A program made the position numbers and the translations under genes. A DNA stretch of 14,425 nt from Octopus sinensis. Taxonomy: Eukaryota. Within the stretch, counting starts at the first letter, position 1. Each line of letters starts with the position of its first letter. The notes beneath the pieces were generated by a model that did no database searches, was not told the origin of the DNA, and saw only the letters and a program-made list of their open reading frames with translations. This document shows positions 9,841-14,425 of this stretch, one piece after another. The stretch covers positions 1-14,425 of the forward strand of contig NW_021825792.1 in NCBI RefSeq assembly GCF_006345805.1, written 5' to 3'.

Positions 9841-10594
9841 GAATAATTACACTTTGTTCAATCACGCTGTTATCCAGTGATTAATCACAGGATTAAGTCC
9901 TACAATCTCTCTGAATGTTAATTCTTTCTGATAACTCAACTTAAGATGGCGGAATTACAAGCATTTTGTATGAACGCAATTTTAATTTTTTTTTCCTTCT
10001 CTCTCATATAACAATAAATGAAATAAAATTAAAACAAAATAAGGCAATAAAAATAAGACCTGAAAATAAAGCAACAGCACTCAGGTCATGCTCACCACCA
10101 TCCCCACCACCACCACTGTAACTACCGCTCCAACCGCTACCATTACCACCAGCTCTTATTACCATCAGCTTCATTACTTCTTCCGCAATCTCCCGCCACA
10201 CCAGCCAGTATTTTCTTGCAAACAGAATCGGTGTAGGACATAAAGACATAAGATTCTAAAACAAACACAACATTTGCCTTATCTTAATCCTGCTTCTTAA
10301 ACACAGTTTCTATTGGGATCTATAAAGTATATCTGTGCAGTGTTTGTATTATAAACAGATATCAATGGAATATAATTCGTTTATAGTATAATCAAGGTTC
10401 TTTTGTTTTGTTTTGTTTTGTTTTATTTCATCTTAAGCATAATTCATTTCTGTCTTTTATTTATTTATTTTTTTTGTCTTTCTGTTTACTAGAAGCAATA
10501 ACATTTACTTTAGAGTCAACATGGCAACAACAAGAAGTATCGTTGTACACAAGCTATTATTCGGATTTGTGGATTAAGGGTTAAGATTTCGAAG

Positions 10595-10633
10595 ATGATG
10601 ATGTAATAATAGTCATTGCTATTATTGTTGTTG

Positions 10634-10709
<76 letters not shown>
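10595..10709. repeat. (ATT)n microsatellite with (GTT)/(GAT) lead-in
   Basis: Directly visible. Confidence 0.9.
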
Positions 10710-10711
<2 letters not shown>

Positions 10712-10712
<1 letters not shown>

Positions 10713-11110
10713 AGGCGGCGAGCTGGCAGAAACGTTAGCACGCCGGGCGAAATGCGTAGCCGTATTTCGTCTGCCGTTACGTTCTGAGTTCAAATTCCGA
10801 GGTCGACTTTGCCTTTCATCCTTTCTGGGTCGATAAATTAAGTACCAGTTACACACTGGGGTCGATATAATCGATTTAATCCGTTTGTCTGTCCTTGTTT
10901 GTCCTCTCTGTGTTTAGCCCCTTGTGTGTAGTAAAAAATAGGTATTTCGTCTGCCGCTACGTTCTGAGTTCAAATTCCGCCGAGGTCGACTTTGCCTTTC
11001 ATCCTTTCGGGCTCGATAAATTAAGTAACAGATACACACTGGGGTCGATGTAATCGACTAGGTCCTTCCCCCACAAATCTGAGGCCTTGTGCCTATAAGA
11101 AAAAGGGTTA
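10712..11110 (+). mobile_element. Dimeric tRNA-derived SINE (family 1), second copy
   Basis: Same two-unit structure as 6478-6870; the second unit starts at ~10941 (ggtatttcgtctgccgctacg) without the 5'-most head. Confidence 0.92.
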
Positions 11111-11130
11111 TTGTTGTTGTTGCTCGGTGT

Positions 11131-11300
11131 AAGGCAGCGAACTAGAAGTACGCCGGGAAAAATGCTTGGCGGGCATTTCCTCCGTCGCTGAGTTGAAATT
11201 CCGGCGCGGTCGACTTTGCCTGTCATCTTTTCAAGGTCGATGAAACAAGTGCCAGTTACGCACTGGGTCGATGTGCCTTTAGTAGAAAGGATTATTATTA
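11131..11300 (+). mobile_element. Degenerate SINE family 1 monomer
   Basis: aaggcagcga..cgccggg..gagttgaaattcc..gtcgactttgcc..ccagttacgcactgggtcgat..gtagaaaggattatt. Confidence 0.85.
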
Positions 11301-11340
11301 TAGTTATTGTTGTAGTCTTTTGTTGTTGTTATTGGGTGTG

Positions 11341-11498
11341 AGGCAGCGAAATAGAAGACTCGTTCGCACAGCGGTCGAAACGCTTTGCATGCATTCTGAG
11401 TTCAATTTTGCCTTTCATCCTTTCGGAGTCTATAAATTAAGTACCAGTTCAGTACTTGGGTGGAAAGTCCTGGCCTTGTGCTAAAATATGAAGCCATT
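11341..11498 (+). mobile_element. Degenerate SINE family 1 monomer with the alternative 3' end
   Basis: ttctgagttcaa..tttgcctttcatcctttcggagtc..taaattaagtaccag..ggccttgtgctaaaatatgaagcc. Confidence 0.85.
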
Positions 11499-11514
11499 AA
11501 TATTAGTAGTAGTA

Positions 11515-11809
11515 TTGAGTGAGAGAGCAGCACATACCATCAAAGAACAAATACTACGAAACCCAAAGAATTACTCTCAACATATGACTATGATGCTTCC
11601 CCACTACTCCTGCTCGTGATCAGTGTTGCATATATCGTCAGCCACCAAGGGACATGCTGAACGGTTAAGGTCAAACAACTGACAAGCAAATCTGTGTTAC
11701 TGCGCAGAATATTTGCTGTAGTCCATCTTTTATACCAGGACAAAACAATTTACATAACACTTCCAATCAGAAACCATGAGAGTCAGTGCCTGGAACTGCA
11801 TCAGGGTAT
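11515..11809 (+). mobile_element. (ATT)n-associated non-autonomous element X, internally deleted copy
   Basis: Reverse complement of both ends of 12587-13147 (ttgagtgagagagcag ... ctgcatcagggtatt), lacking ~240 bp of the interior. The strand assignment assumes (ATT)n is the 3' tail. Confidence 0.85.
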
Positions 11810-11832
11810 TATTAGTATTATCATCATCATCA

Positions 11833-11905
<73 letters not shown>
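11810..11905. repeat. (CAT)n/(ATT)n microsatellite
   Basis: Directly visible. Confidence 0.9.
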
Positions 11906-11906
11906 G

Positions 11907-12130
11907 AGGCGGCGTGCTGGCAGAGTCGCTAAGCACTATGGGCAGAATGCTTAGCGGAATTTCGACCGTCTTTACGTTCTGAGTTCCAATTCCGCTGAGG
12001 TCGACTTTGCCTTTCATCCTTTCGGAGTCGATAAATTAAGTACCAGTGAAATACTGGGGTCGATGTAATCGACTCATCCCCTCCCCCACCCCAAGTTTCA
12101 GACCCTGTGTCTATAGTAGAAAGGATTATT
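11907..12130 (+). mobile_element. SINE family 1 monomer, full length
   Basis: aggcggcgtgctggcaga...gagttccaattcc...core...ctatagtagaaaggattatt. Confidence 0.92.
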
Positions 12131-12317
12131 TGGTGGAATGGTCGAATAGTTTGAGCGTCAAACAAAATCCCTTTTCGAATTTGCTTCACGACTTTACGTT
12201 CTGAGTTCAAATTCATCCGAGGCCAAGTTGGTCTTTTACCTCTCCGGAGTCGTAAAAGTAAAGTACTGTTCAAGTCCTTTGAGGGATGTAACCTGATTGA
12301 TCTCCTTCCTTCAAAAT
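12131..12317 (+). mobile_element. Old degenerate SINE family 1 related unit
   Basis: ctttacgttctgagttcaaattc followed by a decayed core, ggagtcgtaaaagtaaagtac. Confidence 0.7.
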
Positions 12318-12444
12318 AATAATAATTAAGTTTCCTTCTAATTAAACAAATTTAATTATAATTATATTTAATTATTATTATAATTCTTTTATCAGAGGTT
12401 ATTATTATTTTAAGAGATTTCGAAGTTCAAAAGACCATGTGCTC

Positions 12445-12586
<142 letters not shown>

Positions 12587-13147
12587 AATGCCCTGATGCA
12601 GTACCAGGCAGTGGCTCTCATGGCTTCTGATCTTAATTGATTGGAAGTGTTATCATGTACATTGTTTTGTCTTGGTATAAAAGATGGGCTACAGCAAATA
12701 TTCTGCTCAATACCACAGATTTGCTTGCTAGTTGTTTGACCTTAACCAGTTGAGCATGTCCCTTAGTGGCTGACGATATGTGCATCTCTGATCACGAGCA
12801 GAAGTAGTGGGGGAGCATCATAGCCGTGTGTTGAGAGGGATTCTTTGGGGTTTTAAATAATTCACCTCTGGAAACATGGGTGGTTCTTTCAACATCCTTA
12901 AACAACCCTTATTCAGGGACCATTTGAGCGGGATGGCTACTCAAACCTGAAGAAAATTCTAACTGGGCCCCACCTGCAAGTCATGTGCTGTTTATCTTGA
13001 TATGAGATCACCATGTCGCGCACATATGGTTGTGATGCATGTGCCTTGTGTACCCTTATCAGACGGGTAGTCATGATGGGTATACTGGGCTTCGTATATA
13101 TGTTACCCCAGTGTCACATTGATGGCATGAACTGCTCTCTCACTCAA
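12587..13147 (-). mobile_element. (ATT)n-associated non-autonomous element X, long copy (~560 bp)
   Basis: Complex, more GC-rich block with sharp boundaries between trinucleotide arrays; an inverted homolog lies at 11515-11809; no long ORF or TIR seen. Confidence 0.85.
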
Positions 13148-13149
13148 TA

Positions 13150-13203
<54 letters not shown>
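13148..13203. repeat. (AAT)n microsatellite (tail of the adjacent minus-strand SINE)
   Basis: Directly visible. Confidence 0.9.
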
Positions 13204-13205
<2 letters not shown>

Positions 13206-13519
13206 GTTTCAAATTTTGACACAAGGCCAGCAATTTCGGGGGAGGGTGTAAGTCGATTACCAATCCCGAAAGCATAAAAAGCAAAGTCTCGGTGATATTT
13301 AACACAGAACATAAAGAGATGGAAGAAATGCTATCAAGCATCTTGTTCGACACGCTGACTATTCTGCCAAGCTCGCCACCTTAATAATTGTCTCAGCTTT
13401 TGACACAAAGCATTTTGTTCGACGCGCTTACAATCCTGCCAGCTCACCGCCTCAATAATTTTCTCATTTCGATTTCGGCACAAGGCCAGCTATTTTAAGG
13501 AAATTGGGGTAGCCGACTA
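13204..13519 (-). mobile_element. Three stacked SINE family 1 copies: 13204-13382, a deleted copy at ~13390-13453, and a 3' end at ~13465-13519
   Basis: ggtttcaaattttgacacaaggccagc tail; heads ctgccaagctcgccacctt and ctgccagctcaccgcct; the third tail ggcacaaggccagc is cut by the MITE and resumes at ~14060 (tcgattatatcgactcca). Confidence 0.8.
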
Positions 13520-14059
13520 GGCATAACTACAGATTTCTGACCCCACCCCGAACCGACTTTGGATGATCATAACTTTCAGAAAAATGGATAATTGTTAATG
13601 AGATTTTCTACGAATATGCGTTATATCATGTAGATTCCGAATATACAAAATTTTGGGAGAAACAAAACGGAGAAAATGAATCAAATTAGGACGACTTTTT
13701 CCGAAACACCCCTGAGTGGGGAACATTTCTTCTCAAAAATAGCCCCCAATTATTTTCCTCCAAATTCTTGTCCTCGGAATCTACATATTCTGAGGTATAT
13801 TTGTAGAGAATCTCATAAAAAAATATCCATTTTTCTTAAAGTTTAAGACGAATTGAAGTGGACTCCCCGATGATTTTTCCGAAATTCCCTACTTAACCCC
13901 TCGAAAAACACTTTACACTTCCACAACACAAACAAATTTGGTATATTCAGAATCTACATGATATAACACCTATTGTAAAGAATTTGATTAAAAATATCCA
14001 TTTTTCTGAAGTTATGATCAACCAAATTCGCGAGAGGAACAGAAATCTGAAGTTACACC
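13520..14059. mobile_element. MITE / non-autonomous DNA transposon with ~135-bp imperfect TIRs
   Basis: Left end ggcataactacagatttctg matches the reverse complement of the right end, ggtgtaacttcagatttctg, at 17/20. 13558-13654 also pairs with 13935-14026 (tgatcataact..cagaaaaatggata..gttatatcatgtagatt). No ORF. Confidence 0.88.
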
Positions 14060-14425
14060 ATCGATTATATCGACTCCAATATTTGGGTGCTAGAAATATA
14101 CACACGCCATTTTCATGCCTTAACAGGCGAAGTTTGTGATCTTTACAACTCGAGTTAATTTATTTACCGTAGGATAACCCTTTGATATCTATATTTTATA
14201 GTTTGTTTATCTTCTTTTTTTTATTATTATTATTATTTTATATATCTTGTGCAATAGATATGGAAATATGTCCATTTAGGGGGAATCAAACATTGAAAAT
14301 TGCATCACCTAACTGCGTAAACAGTTCTCCTCCACATTAAATTTGTCACGGACCACTTCCGTTACAGGAGGCACGGATGAATATGAAGATATAGACGATG
14401 AGGATTGATGATGATGATAATGATG

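Noticed and set aside
6499-12273. Several ORFs with similar peptides (LRSEFKFRRGRLCLSSF; WYLIYRPRKDERQSRP)
   Set aside because: They are readings of the same SINE sequence on either strand, not a protein family.
14258-14340. Possible terminal exon after gcaatag (MEICPFRGNQTLKIASPNCVNSSPPH*)
   Set aside because: Short, no recognisable homology and a weak acceptor; cannot be supported without RNA-seq.

Overview
AT-rich, repeat-saturated eukaryotic non-coding DNA (intergenic or intronic). No credible protein-coding gene, RNA gene or CRISPR array is visible, and the listed ORFs are translations of microsatellites or SINE interiors. From recalled motifs the SINE families look like those of octopus (coleoid cephalopod) genomes; this is recognition, not a database result. 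Bases 1-5.3 kb are mostly compound microsatellites and include a near-perfect 138-bp-arm palindrome (4102-4378) set in (TA)n. Bases 5.3-14.1 kb hold many tRNA-derived SINE copies (monomers, two dimers, head-to-tail stacks and two head-to-head pairs). They also hold two inverted copies of a ~560-bp (ATT)n-associated element and a ~540-bp long-TIR MITE with a decayed 8-bp TSD inserted in a SINE. The interesting signal is transposon architecture (targeting, nesting, inverted repeats), not a new gene system.
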